From Balanoglossus misakiensis (Eukaryota > Animalia > Hemichordata), in contig CM082587.2 of NCBI GenBank assembly GCA_040954595.2, positions 8,747,403-8,811,402 on the forward strand: a stretch of 64,000 bases of DNA, read 5' to 3'. Position numbers and translations under genes: made by a program. Within the stretch, counting starts at the first letter, position 1. The number at the start of each line of letters is the position of its first letter. A model generated the notes under the pieces. It saw nothing but the letters and a program-made list of their open reading frames with translations, was not told where the DNA came from and did not search any database. This document shows positions 1-33,286 of the stretch, one piece after another.

Positions 1-408
1 AAGGAGTGTGTACAGTAGAACATTAATTATCCCAAAACCTGGTGAATGAATAAATGAATGCATACCAGTCATGGTAGACCTTATGGGAATTTTCCCATTG
101 GGTTGATCGTACATTTGTTTCGTGTGCTTGATCAAAATTTCACCTCTTCTTTTAAAATTCTTTGTCAATTCTGAGAATTTTTGTACAAGTTCAAAACTTT
201 CGAGTGCTTGATAATTTCAATGTGTTGGCGATTTTCGTCAAGATGTCGCCTGCTGAGGTTGAGCTGAATACACACATGAAGCAAGTTTGGATAACAAACA
301 ATTTTGATAAAATTGACGCTCAGACAATCGACGTTCTACTGTACATGTGACTGTATCTCATTTACAATAACAGACATATTTACCTACTTGTAACCAACAA
401 ATGCTTAC

Positions 409-3400
409 CTGTGATGGTGAAAATGGAAGTGATTTGATTGGGGTTTGTTTTGGTGACTCTGCCACACATGTCACTGTCCTGACTGCATGGTGATCCTCAT
501 CCACATGTTGAAGGCTGATGTTATCTTGTTGAAGTGGCACTGACAGAAAAGAGTCATCATTGACTCCATGATACTGCTGCACTTGTTAAGCATTTCAAAC
601 ATTATTTGACAATAGTCACACTTTGTATTGCTAGACAGTTCTTTTTACATTTATACCCAGATTTCATTTTCATCACCAAAAACAGTTTCTTGTGTTTTTC
701 ACAATGCAGGTTGGGGTGACAGCCTAAGAAAGTTTAAGACTACTGTAAAACGGGTTATTTTCGCGAGCAATAAATTTTTGCTTAATATGCGAAAGCCAAA
801 AAAACGTGAAAATAAAATGTCACGTAATGTATCCAGTAAAAATAACAAAACGCGAACATTAATCCTCGTGTAACAGTTGCCTCCTTTGATATCGCGAACA
901 TTTCTGTTGTGAAAAAAAACACGTTTTACAGTATTTCTACCAGTGTTATAGTTTGACACTCAATTTCAAAAACAATTGTTGACAGTACATAGCAATATAT
1001 CGCTCACGCGTAAATTTGTTCTTAAATTTACTAAGGATGTTATTTGTAAACATTGATTGACTTCAATAGCAGCAACATGCACAGACAAATCATCCCTAAC
1101 TGTACATGAAGCTCTACATGGGAAATGTTTTGTCAGTAAAGGATACTCTTCGTTTCCTGCTCTTCCTAAGTATGGTGGGAGGAGAGCTAAATCTTGATGT
1201 CATCGGTGATGTTAGCGGTATCAATGACCCAGACACATCTTTGGATAATGAGGAAATGGCATGACTATCAAGTCGGTAACCTTGATGGAGAGGAAAAGTA
1301 TTTGTCAATTTCAAACTCTGAAGACACCACTTACAGAAATGTTTACGCATCTGTATGTCAATAACAGCTTGTCTCCAAGTTCCAGGGACATGACCTATGT
1401 ACTCTATCCATATTAGTTGGGAAAGGTTCCAAAATTCACTTTTATCTCAACCTGTGTTTGATGGTACCAGATAAAATTAAACAGAAATAAAAAATGTACA
1501 ACTACAGTGATAGAATATTAGATATTCAAAATTAGACTTACCAGTAACTCCTCTTCTATGTTGTAATTTGGTATATTGCGTTGGTGTGGCACTGGATCTA
1601 TCACAAGCCCCTAATAGTAATTCATATGTACTCAGATCTGATGCATTTCCTTGCTCTATTAACTGTGCAACTGTACTCTCTGGCATCTCAGGGATTCCCC
1701 TGGGAAAAGATGAAATACGATAATATTAGTCCTAACCCTGCAATGTTGGTTGAAACTGGTTTGATTTCCAGGGTGCCTAGAATCCTGGCTCCCAGGCCTG
1801 TTAGACTGCCAAGTGCGTGTTTATCAGTAAGGCCTATACAAGACCCTCAGACCAATACAGTGCAAACCAGTACGATTTGGTACATTTTACAGGGGGTTCA
1901 AACTGCCAAGCTGTGTCTATAGTAAGTTAAATTATGTATGCTCAAAATATGTTTAAGTGAGAAAATGGCCAATACCGCATTTCAACCACTTGGCAGTGTG
2001 GCATGTAACACCCCTGGAGAAGGGTTAAGGTATATCCAATATTTCAAAGAGCAAGTTTAATCAATGCATATTTCTGCAAGGGAATGTGACAGTGTACCTA
2101 ATAAGAACAGAAATATGACAAAGATTCACAACTTGAGACTAATAATTACTATACACTCGCAAATGTTTAAAAAGATCATTAAAAATAGAAACAATCTTTT
2201 GTACTTTGAGATAATTGTATCCACAGCAACCTCTAGATGTCTTTAGACATGAAAGATTTTTTCAACAAAAGAATGGAATTCTTCTCTTGCAAGAATCCGT
2301 TTAGAAAAGGAATGGGATAGTGGCTGACAGGACTTACTGTATCGGGGAAACATGGTTTCCATCCATAACAATCCATCGCATTGGGCTTCCTTCATCAGCA
2401 AATTTGGAAGAATCATGATCCCTAGGTTTGGGCTTGTCTGGAATGAAATAAATCAATTTTTTTAAATATTAAATTCTGAGGGTGAATTTTTCAAAAATGA
2501 TGGTATTAACCCAGCAGTTGTGTTTGGTCCAATTGAGGATCTGACTTCAGTCATCCCCACAGACCTGATTAACACATTCACCACCATAGTTTGGCCAAAA
2601 TCTTTTGTTTCGTATAGTAAAGCTGGACCTTTTTAGAGGTAACTGGGGTGAAAGGGTTCATGAATGTCAAAGCTTTATATCAGAGGTTTCAGAGAAAAGG
2701 TAACGTCAGTGACATGGGAGATAATGAATACTATAGATAATCATAAATTATTGAATCCCTTACCAAGTCTGTGTTTTGTTGTAGGGAACTCTACTGCAGA
2801 ATAATTTGGAGTCTGACTGTGTACCTGTAGGGTTGATCATCAGAATACAGACATCATTTTTAGTAATTTCTTCAGCAAGTAATGTCGCAGAATACACTAC
2901 TTCACTCATAAAAAAGATCGGTGTGGCAAGTGGATCGTGTGCAGAGGTTATAGAGTTCTGTCATAACACCATAACATTCTTTTACTTACCCGATTCTGTC
3001 GCGACAGATTTATTTGATGTCGGTATTCTGATTGATGGTTTACTTCCACTTTTGGCTGAGGCTGATATCGTTGATGATGCGACTGAGTCTTTGTCTTGAC
3101 TGGAGACTGGAATGGCTTCTCGCCGGCTTCAACTTTCCGTCTCATTGTTGAATTCCAATGATTTTTAATTGCATTATCAGTTCTGTGTTACAGTTAGAAA
3201 GAGTTTAGTATTAAATACTAGTACATGTAGAATGAGATGTAGTGAATACGAATACACATTATCTAAACATAAATGTCATATGTTCAAGACATTTTGATAA
3301 CTTTTGAATGATTGAGAAATTCCCACTAGAACTTATATGATGTGCCCGTAATAACTTTCTACTCTCGCAGTGAAATATGTTTTGCCAAATTTCTATTCAT

Positions 3401-6400
3401 ATTGTTCAGTCATTAGATGTTGATAAAAATAAAATCTTGAATATGTCAGCTTAACAGCCAACTCTCTTTCAGGTACCTTGGAGGGACTAGCAATACTAGT
3501 TAGATTTACATAAAGATAGGAATTGATAAACTTAACAAACAAACAAACCTTCCTGGCAGCAATTTTGCAATTTCAGCCCATCTGTTCCCGAGCCGTTTAT
3601 GTGCTCCATAAATGATGCGATCTTCTTCCTCAGTCCATGCTGATTTTTTAATTTCTGGGTTGAGATGATTATGCCACCTATGAGAGGAAATAATGAGTTA
3701 AAGGTACACAGTCACCTCCTATTTACATACGCCCATATATGGCTGAAATGGCGTACTTGAGCGTTCTAAAGAACACATGGTGGCGCTCTTTTTTTCGCAT
3801 GAGCCACCCACTGAAAATCTATCTGTGATTGGCTAGATCTCGAATTGCCATGGTAACTATAGCTAATTTTCCATGGGTGATCGCATCCCTTTAATAACAT
3901 GATGCAGACATGTCACTGTATTAGGGAGAAGTATGATTTTGTCAAATTAAAAATCAACAGATAGTGCTCTCAGTTCTGCAGGGTACTGTACACATCTTAT
4001 TATGTTGATGGAAGGTAATGCTGTATGATGAAGAGTTCTCTGAGGACACTGGCTCATCTGCCTCAATTTTTGGGAAGAGGGAAATATCATTGAATGATCA
4101 GTGCCAATACCTTCATGATGAAACCAAAACCTAAAGGGCTCATGAAAGCTAAGCATTTACTATGTGGTATCATACATTGATTGAAGTGAGATGACCAATA
4201 ATGCTGATTGTAAATTTGAATGATTTTACCTCTCTCGACATTGTTTTCCAATACGACCTTTCAGATGTTTTGCTATCAAAGACCAGCGTTTGGGACCATA
4301 TTTCTCGACAAGTTCAACAACTTTTTCATCTTCCTGCAAAAAAAGAAAAGAAATGTTTTGAGTTTGCAAATCCAACAACTGAACTCATATCAACAATGTC
4401 CAGTGTTCTCCCCAGCATACAACCAGAGTGGTTGGACCGCCACTCTGATTTGATCTGCCACCACTCTGGTTTTTCCATTGTCTACACTTGACCAAGCTGT
4501 GTCCTTTAGTCAGACGGCAAGCATGCTGACTTATGATAATCTGCATTAGGCCATTCACATTACTCAAAAAAGGCTAGGACCTTGTCCTAGCAAGGTACGT
4601 GGCCGAGCAATAAAACTGGTGTGAACGGGTCTGGCCAACCCTTGTCCGGACAATTTTGGTCCCAGTTGAATGGGGCGGTTTGTGGTCGACTCTTGTCCCA
4701 GCCTTGTGTGTGGTCACGTCTTGTCCGACTCTGGTCCTAGTTAACACCTTTTACACTTGACATTATAAACTGTGTAGTCTATTATTTAACATTCACAATG
4801 GTGAAGATCGTATAAACAACCAGAAGAGGACCAACATGGTTCTGCTTTATAAGGTCAAAGGTTGGCGAGGCGATGTTGGCCAGGACTGTCCGAAACACAA
4901 TGTGAACGGGGACTAAAGATTAGCTTACAGTATCTTGTCATAATCATCGGGATTAATTTTGTCCGGCCATGGGCCTAGATGTGAACTCAGCACATGGCAG
5001 GTGAGAACCCGGCTTATGCTATCCAACACCCAATAAAATACTTGCTAATTACTTACTTGGTGGATCCATTAGCACATTAAGTTGAAAAAGCAAACACCTG
5101 TTGAACCAGTGCATGTATTAATGATTTAACACTTACAATTTGCCTTTTGTTTTTAATCAATTTAATTAATTGTCTGTATTCCAAAATTATGCATTTCTTT
5201 CTGTGCCATATAACATTTAGCTCAAAAGTGTAGTAGAGCATCTTCGCTAGCCAAAGTATGTTTATTTCGGACAGGGGACTGAATGATGGCAGTAGTAGAG
5301 CTATTATTGCATTACATACTGCCACGTGTGTGACTTTCTGGCTGTATTTATTAACTACATGTGGACATTATGCAAATTAGAGATTCACATTTACCTCTTT
5401 GGTCCATGGTCCTTTAATCAAATCAGGATTCAAAACTTTCTGCCACCTATGATGGCATTGTACATCTGTCCGGTCATTGAAATAGCTGGCCACCAGTTTC
5501 CAATTTTCAGAGCCACAAGACTCTACAATTTGTCTCAGTCTTTCATCCTGTGTAAAAGAAAAAATAAAACAACATGGGGCTTTATATATTTCAAAACCTA
5601 TATTTTACAACCATTCAACCCCCAACCAAATTCATTGCATTACTTGTTCAATCCCATAAAGCAACATACAGACATATCAGAATCATGGAATGACCTATTG
5701 CATGGAACACTGAATTAGGGTCAATAAACCACGCTTATCACCTCCCAGAAAAAAAGAATTTCAAAGTTTGTGGATTTGGTATCCAATATCACAGAGAAAA
5801 AAAGGAACATATGCAAATACCACTTACTTCATCTTTGGTCCATCTGCCTTTGTTGATAAATTTTTTCTGCTGACGAACAGTAGTTTCATAATCATGGTCG
5901 GTGTATTCATATTCTTCTCCACTATCACTGTCACTATCATAGTAACTACAATGTGATAAATAAGTCAAGAAAAAAAGGGATAATACAGTTTCTAATTATT
6001 TTTACTATAAATATCACACCAGACTTAAAGAAAATTTTCATATACAGTCACATTTTAAAGCAGAAAATTCAATATGGCCAAAGAGACAAAAGTGACTGAG
6101 CCATACATCATTACATGTAAGTATTCAGGAGGGTTTAGGTTTTTTGAAAATCTAAGCCAACTGGTGAAACTCAGCCCCTCTTTGATGCTTAAAGTATGCC
6201 GATAGTTCAGATTATCTGATTCTCATAAACTGCAAAAGTTACAACTTACAGTCACTGCAAGATCCATTTATCTGCTGTTTTAAGCATTTAAATGTCACAC
6301 AAAATCTCAGACTGGGTTTTGCCACAAAACAGAAAGCAAGTTGAGGCATGTTACAATTTCCAAACAATGCAATCCCACCATTTTAACTAATACAGCACAG

Positions 6401-7430
6401 TAAAGGGTTTGGTCATCCAGAATACATGGAAATTGCAATGCAATGGTTTTTGTGGATGTAGGCTCACACAGTGACAAGAATTTTGATATAATGGATGTCT
6501 GGGGAGTTGTTTGACGAACAAGTTATTCTGAAGTTGGAGACTGAAATTCCTACATATTTATTAGTACATACACTTCATGGAATGCAGGGCTGCTCTGATT
6601 TTACAAATACTACAGGGAAATTGCGAAATCGAAACAAAGTGAATGTAATTTCAAGTGATTCATGTGTATTTTAATTTTTCGTTCAGAAGCTCGTGATTTT
6701 GAACTGTCGAATTTTTGTGATACGGTACATGGGACAGTTTGCCGTGTGTATCATTTTATCTGAAATCAAGATGTCATAACTGCATGTGTGAAGTTACGTG
6801 GAAATTGAACGATAAACAACCCATACTAATACTGACTGACTACTTAGCATGATCAATTGCATATGATAAATGTAGTGTTCTTTGGAAAACGACAGTCGAC
6901 TGTTGGAAATGTTCTGAGTGAAAGCCAATGCAAAAATATGGGGAGAACGAGTTGCGCGAGACTTTAGTCTTCATGGCAACACCTCACGATTTGCGTGGAG
7001 TCGCAGTGCAGAACGCCACTGATGGTGTCATAATGCCAGAATTTTTACTCCCCATAAGTGGGAACACGAAAGAATTGTATGATCGTATCTTGTTCCGATT
7101 ACCAGAATCCAGGAGACCTTTGATTTGAAAGACTGCGCGAGGAATCGACAAGTCCATACCATGGCAAGATATTGTTACAATATCATGTGTAATGAATTAT
7201 TTTTCTCGAACGTACATCAGCGAAAATATGGTACAGGGCAAACATGTAGTTTTAACATGTTCTGAGGAAGGGTGATCTTTCCATATAATTATTATTCCCA
7301 TGATTTACTCCATTTGCGTTGCTTCAACATGACATTGTGTAGTGTATTGTTGGCGATTTGTTGTATCTTACGATGGCATACAAGTTGAAAGTTTGCACAC
7401 TTACCCGTACCCGTAATGCGAATTGGACAT
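409..7430 (-). CDS. MYB: Three-repeat (R1R2R3) Myb transcription factor, B-Myb/MYBL2-like; 3' end runs off the left edge of the window
   Basis: Exons joined by GT-AG introns with consistent phases: 7430-7405, 5945-5828, 5547-5395, 4333-4230, 3677-3549, 3182-2990, 2824-2764, 2437-2338, 1699-1542, 1280-1147, ~576-409 (last acceptor 576 or 573). The translation includes DHDY..[146 protein letters not shown]. It also has the Myb C-terminal motifs SPPTILRK and TPIKSLPFSPSQ. Confidence 0.96.
741..933. mobile_element. TA-flanked MITE (Tc1/mariner-pogo-like), copy 1
   Basis: Ends TACTGTAAAAC...GTTTTACAGTA; an inverted homologous copy lies at 26613-26811. Confidence 0.8.
1733..2028. mobile_element. 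piggyBac-like non-autonomous element, copy 1
   Basis: About 170 bp nearly identical to the core of 25389-25706 (TTGAAACTGGTTTGATTTCCAGGGTGCCTAGAATCCTGGCTCCCAGGCCTG...); ends in AGGG-TTAA. Confidence 0.7.
3698..3894. mobile_element. TTAA-flanked MITE with AGGTA(C/T)AC-GTCACC termini (Kolobok-like), copy 1
   Basis: TTAA at both ends and a degenerate TIR. Homologous to 12155-12326 (inverted) and ~62450-62567; a solo end lies at 47621-47638. Confidence 0.75.
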
Positions 7431-7572
7431 GGCCTTGCCGTGAAAACAATCTCGAAATCTTCGTCCGATAGATCACTGCTTCTGATCGTTATTATTCGCA
7501 GGGATCTTGATTCTTTTTGGGAACATGGACATTAGGCCTGGGAAGACTAAAGTTGATACAATGCAATGGCGA

Positions 7573-7632
7573 CAACGGGATTGAATTTGCGCGCTCGTCA
7601 TGGTATTATGCAAAACGATCGATTCTGATTGG
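7573..7632 (-). promoter_or_regulatory. Candidate cell-cycle promoter of Myb: E2F/CDE-CHR-like element plus CCAAT box
   Basis: Minus strand reads GCGCGCAAATTCAA (7594-7581) and CCAATCAG (7632-7625), about 150-200 bp upstream of the ATG in a CpG-rich patch. A CAACGG Myb-type site lies at 7573-7578. Confidence 0.5.
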
Positions 7633-8255
7633 ACGGCGGTGACATCAGACTTAGTAAATTTTCCCAGGGTTCAATGCGATTTTAATTTCGGACGCAAAGA
7701 AAGAGGGCAGGAAATCAGACCAGCTTGGCTCACCTTAGCTTGGCTGTAGCCAGTATGCATGGTAGGCATCCCCGGTATGCATCGCGTCGGGTCATGTCCG
7801 CCGAGGCTTCGTCCACGCAAAATAATAAAAATAAAAAAACCTTCAAAATGCCGTAAAAACAACCACTTTTCGCCATTAAATCTCAAAATCATTTCCCACA
7901 AAAGCTGTCATTTATGTTTGGGATATGATGTGTGTGTACTTCTTTTTGACTTTGAAAATTGTACATTTAATAAATATGAAATAAAGTTTTAAGTGGTGAC
8001 CGGGCTAGGCTATCTTAATGGCAATTAATACAAACATCATTACATCATGTCATTTCAAGTCTGGCATGATTTGGCTTTTTCTTGCTTTTTTTTTTACTTC
8101 CACGTTGATGTACCCAGAGGGTCATTGGAACCGCACAATAAAGTAGAGTCTGACAAACAATCCAACGAATAAAAGAAATTCAACCCTTATATCCTTGTAT
8201 CCACACCAATATACATACGAACACACAAAAGCATTTTTTCGTAACAATGAGCATT

Positions 8256-8261
8256 TTTATT
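8256..8261 (-). terminator. Candidate poly(A) signal of the LIM/repeat gene (3' UTR ~3.5 kb)
   Basis: AATAAA on the minus strand at the end of a long AT-rich stretch with no recognisable exons after the stop at 11748. An alternative AATAAA lies near 9843-9848. Confidence 0.35.
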
Positions 8262-11200
8262 TTGACAGTATCGACTGACTAGGTTACAATGAAAATGGAC
8301 TATGTGAAATAAAGACACTACAAAAATACAGCATTCATTTGCATATGTAATCTCTGATAAATTCATGATTTGTATAACAAAAGGGTTCTCAAAAATTTAA
8401 GGATTTAGCAAAATTTTCAGTCCTAGTGACAGTAGATTATATGAGACTATTGACTGCATTAATTTTAAAAACTTGTCAAATGGGGATATTTTCGACAGAG
8501 TATCCTGGGCAGGAAAAAACACAGAATTATACCAAGCACAAACAATAATTCCCTAATATAGACTTGCATAGACATTTTGGCCAAAGTTCATTGTAGTATA
8601 TTTATAAAACAACCAAAAAAGTACCAAGAAAGAAACATGATTGGAAATTATATTAGCAGGGGTTGTATTTGATTGTTGACATCTAAGGAATTGAACATTT
8701 AAATTTCAGAAAACCTATTGTTAAAAATAACTCTGTTATGTTGAGCCTGGCTAGCTTCTGGCAAGATTTGAAAAGCTCTTCCTTGTTCTAAAAAGTTGTC
8801 TAAGGTACACCAACATGGTCTAATGCCTGTATCTACGTACAAATCTAAGCGCAAAAAAATTCAGTACAATAAATGCAATAATGACATTCACTTATATTTG
8901 CATATAAATGTAAATCTTAATCATAAATTTTACCTTTATAAATGCATGCAACTTATTATATCTGGATTGTTATCTTGTCAAAAACATTTCAAAATAGCAA
9001 AATTTTCAGCACCCTTTCAAGTTTGGGTTAGTTCTAAAATACTATATTTTGTTTTGATTTTTTCAATTGTATACAGAAGTTATCTGTATGCGAAAAGACA
9101 TGTAAATTATAGTAATATGAAACAGAATACAGTTAAAGTCAATGAAAACACAAAATGAACAGTCTCAAATTGTACAGTCTGTAGATAAATCTCCTTTTCT
9201 CATTGTTAAGGGAGGTCTTTTTATCTTGTGGTCCTTAAGTGCTTACATTGGTTACTATCGCATGCAAATAGCACCTGTGAGTGTAGAGAATAATATTGGA
9301 AATGAAATATGCTGAACGACCAACTTTACGTGAATTATGACTTGAGCACTGGAATTCATTCACTTGCATCAATTATGACCCTTTCACCCCCATTTTTTTT
9401 GTATATTGGGCAAGCTCAATCACTGCAAACAATGAGAACGGACCAAACCATAGCGATGATAGAGAAACATTGTGGTGAAGGGGGTTAAACATTTTCCAAA
9501 ATAATCTTTGGTCCACGCTTTGGCTGAAGACACTGTGATCTCTTTTCCTTGAGGAATACAAAATTCATGTGTTGCTGTTCTAATTATTGTTGACAGAACT
9601 TTCAACTTTACCAAAAAAAGTCAAATTAAAAATGGTCCCCGAGAGTTGTATAACTCTACTTGCTAAACTGAAATTGCAGAAATGTTTTGAAAATAAAGTG
9701 CATATGATTATTGCTTTACAGTTGAACAGATGCCCCAAAGTGGAGTAAAGAATGAATGAACACACAGTTTGAGAAGAGTCACTGATCAGACCAGACAAGT
9801 ATCCTTGATTGTTCTACCCCAATTTGCATTAGAACATGACGGTTTATTTCTGCTATGGACTGGTGTGACATTGTTGTGAGAAACAATTCTATCAAAAATT
9901 GTAATAAAGTCTTGAGTCTCAAACATTACCTTGGCTTGGGAATACAAATTTGTAATTTGGCATCCACTATAAATTTACTCACCAATTGTATTTTTACCTA
10001 TCATATGTACCCTTTAATTAATGGGTAAATAAAACATTATTATTACTTGTAGACTTCTTAAAAAAAAAAAAAAAAAAATGTTATGCTACTTTAAGTTATA
10101 TGTGTTCAAGTACAGGAGACAACTAAAGCTATTGATACATAAGGTCAACATCCAGAAAGTTTCTTTCAATAAGCTCAAATCATGAATATTCATAAGGCCA
10201 CATGTATGATGTATAGCAGTGAGAAAGGCTGATGTATTGTGATCATGAATGTGTACTTCATATTACATATATAGTATACTGCATAAAACAACAAAATGCT
10301 TTATATATTGTCCAAAACTCAGATTTCTTTAAAGTTCCAAATAACCTTTCAGCAACTCTTTTTGATAAAGTAATACTACAAAATAAAAATCACCACATTC
10401 ACCGACAAAAGTACCACCTTACACTTGACAGAAAAAAAAGCTTACAAAGGATATATTAAACAGTCCAATACAACATTCACAATAACACTATCTGGAATAT
10501 ACATTTAATGCAATAGACAAAAAAAACCTCCACTTTGATACCATTGCTGCATGGTAACTAGAACATCCAGCCTCATCACCTGCCTTGCAATAGAATTGTA
10601 TCATATTTCTGTATTTTATGATGTTTTGCTCACCTCAGAGCAAATACAAATGTTCTAGCATGACTATTTCACAAAGAACATTGACTATCTTTATCGTAAA
10701 CATTTGACTAACAGCTCTTTCCTCTCAGGCTATGCAAAATTATTCAAACTTGTTCATTTTGAGTAAATATGTAAAATTTGAAAAGTCAATTTTTTTTATA
10801 GAAATTTCCTGGTTTTACAGTTGCAAAGTTGCCATCATTTAATGTGACTTTGGCTTATTTTTGTTTCATCAGATGAAATATTTCTGTTGATCATTGGCTA
10901 TTTCCCTGACCCCCACCATGACCTGGTATTTTCGGTGGTATGGATCCATCAATTTGATTAACAAATCTGTACATGAACAACCATATTCATTGAACGCCCT
11001 GTGTAACCTCTTTCAAACACAACACCAAATAATTACTGTCAATGCCACATATCACCAGAAATACCAGAAGACATCATGGGACATGAAAGTAGTTGCTCTT
11101 ACCCAGTAATGGGAGATCTCAAACAAGTTACCATCATCTCATAAAAATCGTTTGGTTACACAATAATAGCAAAGATCTATGAGAGAAACAATGTGAAATA

Positions 11201-11747
11201 AACGCATATAATTTCTTGGATGAAACAAATATAACCAAAGTAGTGTCAACAGATGATTTTTTACAAAGCTCAATTTTACATATAAAACTCTACAGTATCT
11301 ATTGGTTGGTGTCTGTCAGATCATATGTTTTTGTGAGTACCCAATCATACACCATATCACAGTGTCTCCAAGCAACAAACTTTTTTGTTGAACTTCCTCT
11401 GCATTGACAGGTAAAACATACAGCAACATTCTACGGTAAAGCACAAAAACTTTAAACATACACATATAAGCTTTATGGGTGCAGTATATACAACGGTAGA
11501 TTTCTCTTCTAGCTAGACATAAAACTAACTGATAAATCATCAAGACAATTCAAGAAAAAATGTAAAGCAGAAAACCAGCGATGAAGTGTCCTTGTCATCG
11601 AAGTGTAGCAAGTCGTCATTTGAGAAAGAAGCTTGAAGTATACAGATCCAAATGTGACTTCCACGTGAGATTCTACGATGAAATTCCTTTGCCTTCTTTA
11701 ATACTCCGCCATTAAGTACAGTTTGAACGCAGTTTCCAACGACACCA

Positions 11748-32131
<20,384 letters not shown>

Positions 32132-33216
32132 GTTGCTGACTTCCCCTACAAAGCAAAATAAAATAAAATGTGTTTTTTTGACATACATTTCTATGCATAC
32201 ATATAAGTCAGCAAGTCATTTGAACTGAGATGCCAAATGTGATTGGCTTGCCCAAATCCTCTGAAGGGTGATTCAAATCCTAGGAATGGTGTTCCTTGAC
32301 CCCGCGACCTTTGTTGCTGGTGGAAAAGCCCCTTGACAATAATTATTGCATAAACACCCCAAACAGTTGGCCATATTTACATGTACCACTGGAATTTCTG
32401 GACAGACTGACTTCGCCAGAATGCAACTCAATGCAACAACAACGAAACTGACAGAAGTCACTATTTTCACTCAGGGTAGTTTGGGAGGTTTGCCAGAGTA
32501 TTTCCTATGACATTCTAAACGATTACATTTTCATCCACCCACTGTTCCCTTTTTCATGGCATTTAAGGTAAACACTTATGAATTTGCAAGTGGTATTGAA
32601 TGAAAACCTGTCACCTGCCTGTCTTTGAAATATAAAAAAAACATAAAGAGGGGGTTTAACTTAAAGAAACTTCCTCTTTAATTCCCAATTAATTCAGTTT
32701 CTCATTTCTTCGTCTTCCACACGATAAATGTATGCATGTCCACTAAATTGTCACACATTCATCCTGAGCCCCTCAGAATTCAATTGTTCTGACTTTCTAA
32801 GAGTTTTAAAGGGACAAAGTCTCTCTCTCGCTGCCCTTTTTCCATTAATTATGTTTGATACAAGACACTATTTATGTTATTCTACATGTGGGTATATAGC
32901 GAATCAATGTTCAACCACACACAACTTCCATCCCGTTTGTAAACACGGGAGTGAAAAACTCGCCAAAATGAATAACCATTTATTCATTTTGGGCCAGTTT
33001 TTACTCTCATATCCTAATTTAGAAGAGATGCAAATGCCTACCCAGCAGACACTTTGTTTCACAGTGAACAGTTATGTGTACAGACAAAGGGTTGTCTGTT
33101 TATATCTGCAGAAATGCCCATGTCAACAATCATGTAATGGGCCTTAATAATAATGTCAATGCAATGTGTAAACTCCCCTCCATACCTGAACCAAACTAGT
33201 CCAGCTCTGGTCCATG

Positions 33217-33286
33217 TTAACCCTTTCACCAATTTTAGCATAGGAAACAATGGGTTTGGACCAAATCATGATGGTGAAAGGGTTAA
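33217..33286. mobile_element. Tiny piggyBac-like MITE family (TTAA-CCCTTTCACC...GGTGAAAGGG-TTAA)
   Basis: Perfect 10-bp TIR with TTAA at both ends. Related degenerate copies lie at ~2575-2659, 9378-9488, ~19555-19643, 34245-34342 and ~38755-38850. Confidence 0.7.

Noticed and set aside
2825-2989. Coding-looking sequence inside a short Myb intron
   Set aside because: Read-through hits a stop at 2948, and the internal AG near 2958 gives an implausibly short intron and the wrong frame for the next exon.
4547-4990. Possible Harbinger-like element (TTCACA/TGTGAA words)
   Set aside because: Probably a repeat, but I could not define matching termini or a target-site duplication.
6928-7128. 66-aa plus-strand ORF in Myb intron 1
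   Set aside because: Short, with no homology I recognise; this is expected in a GC-richer promoter-proximal region.
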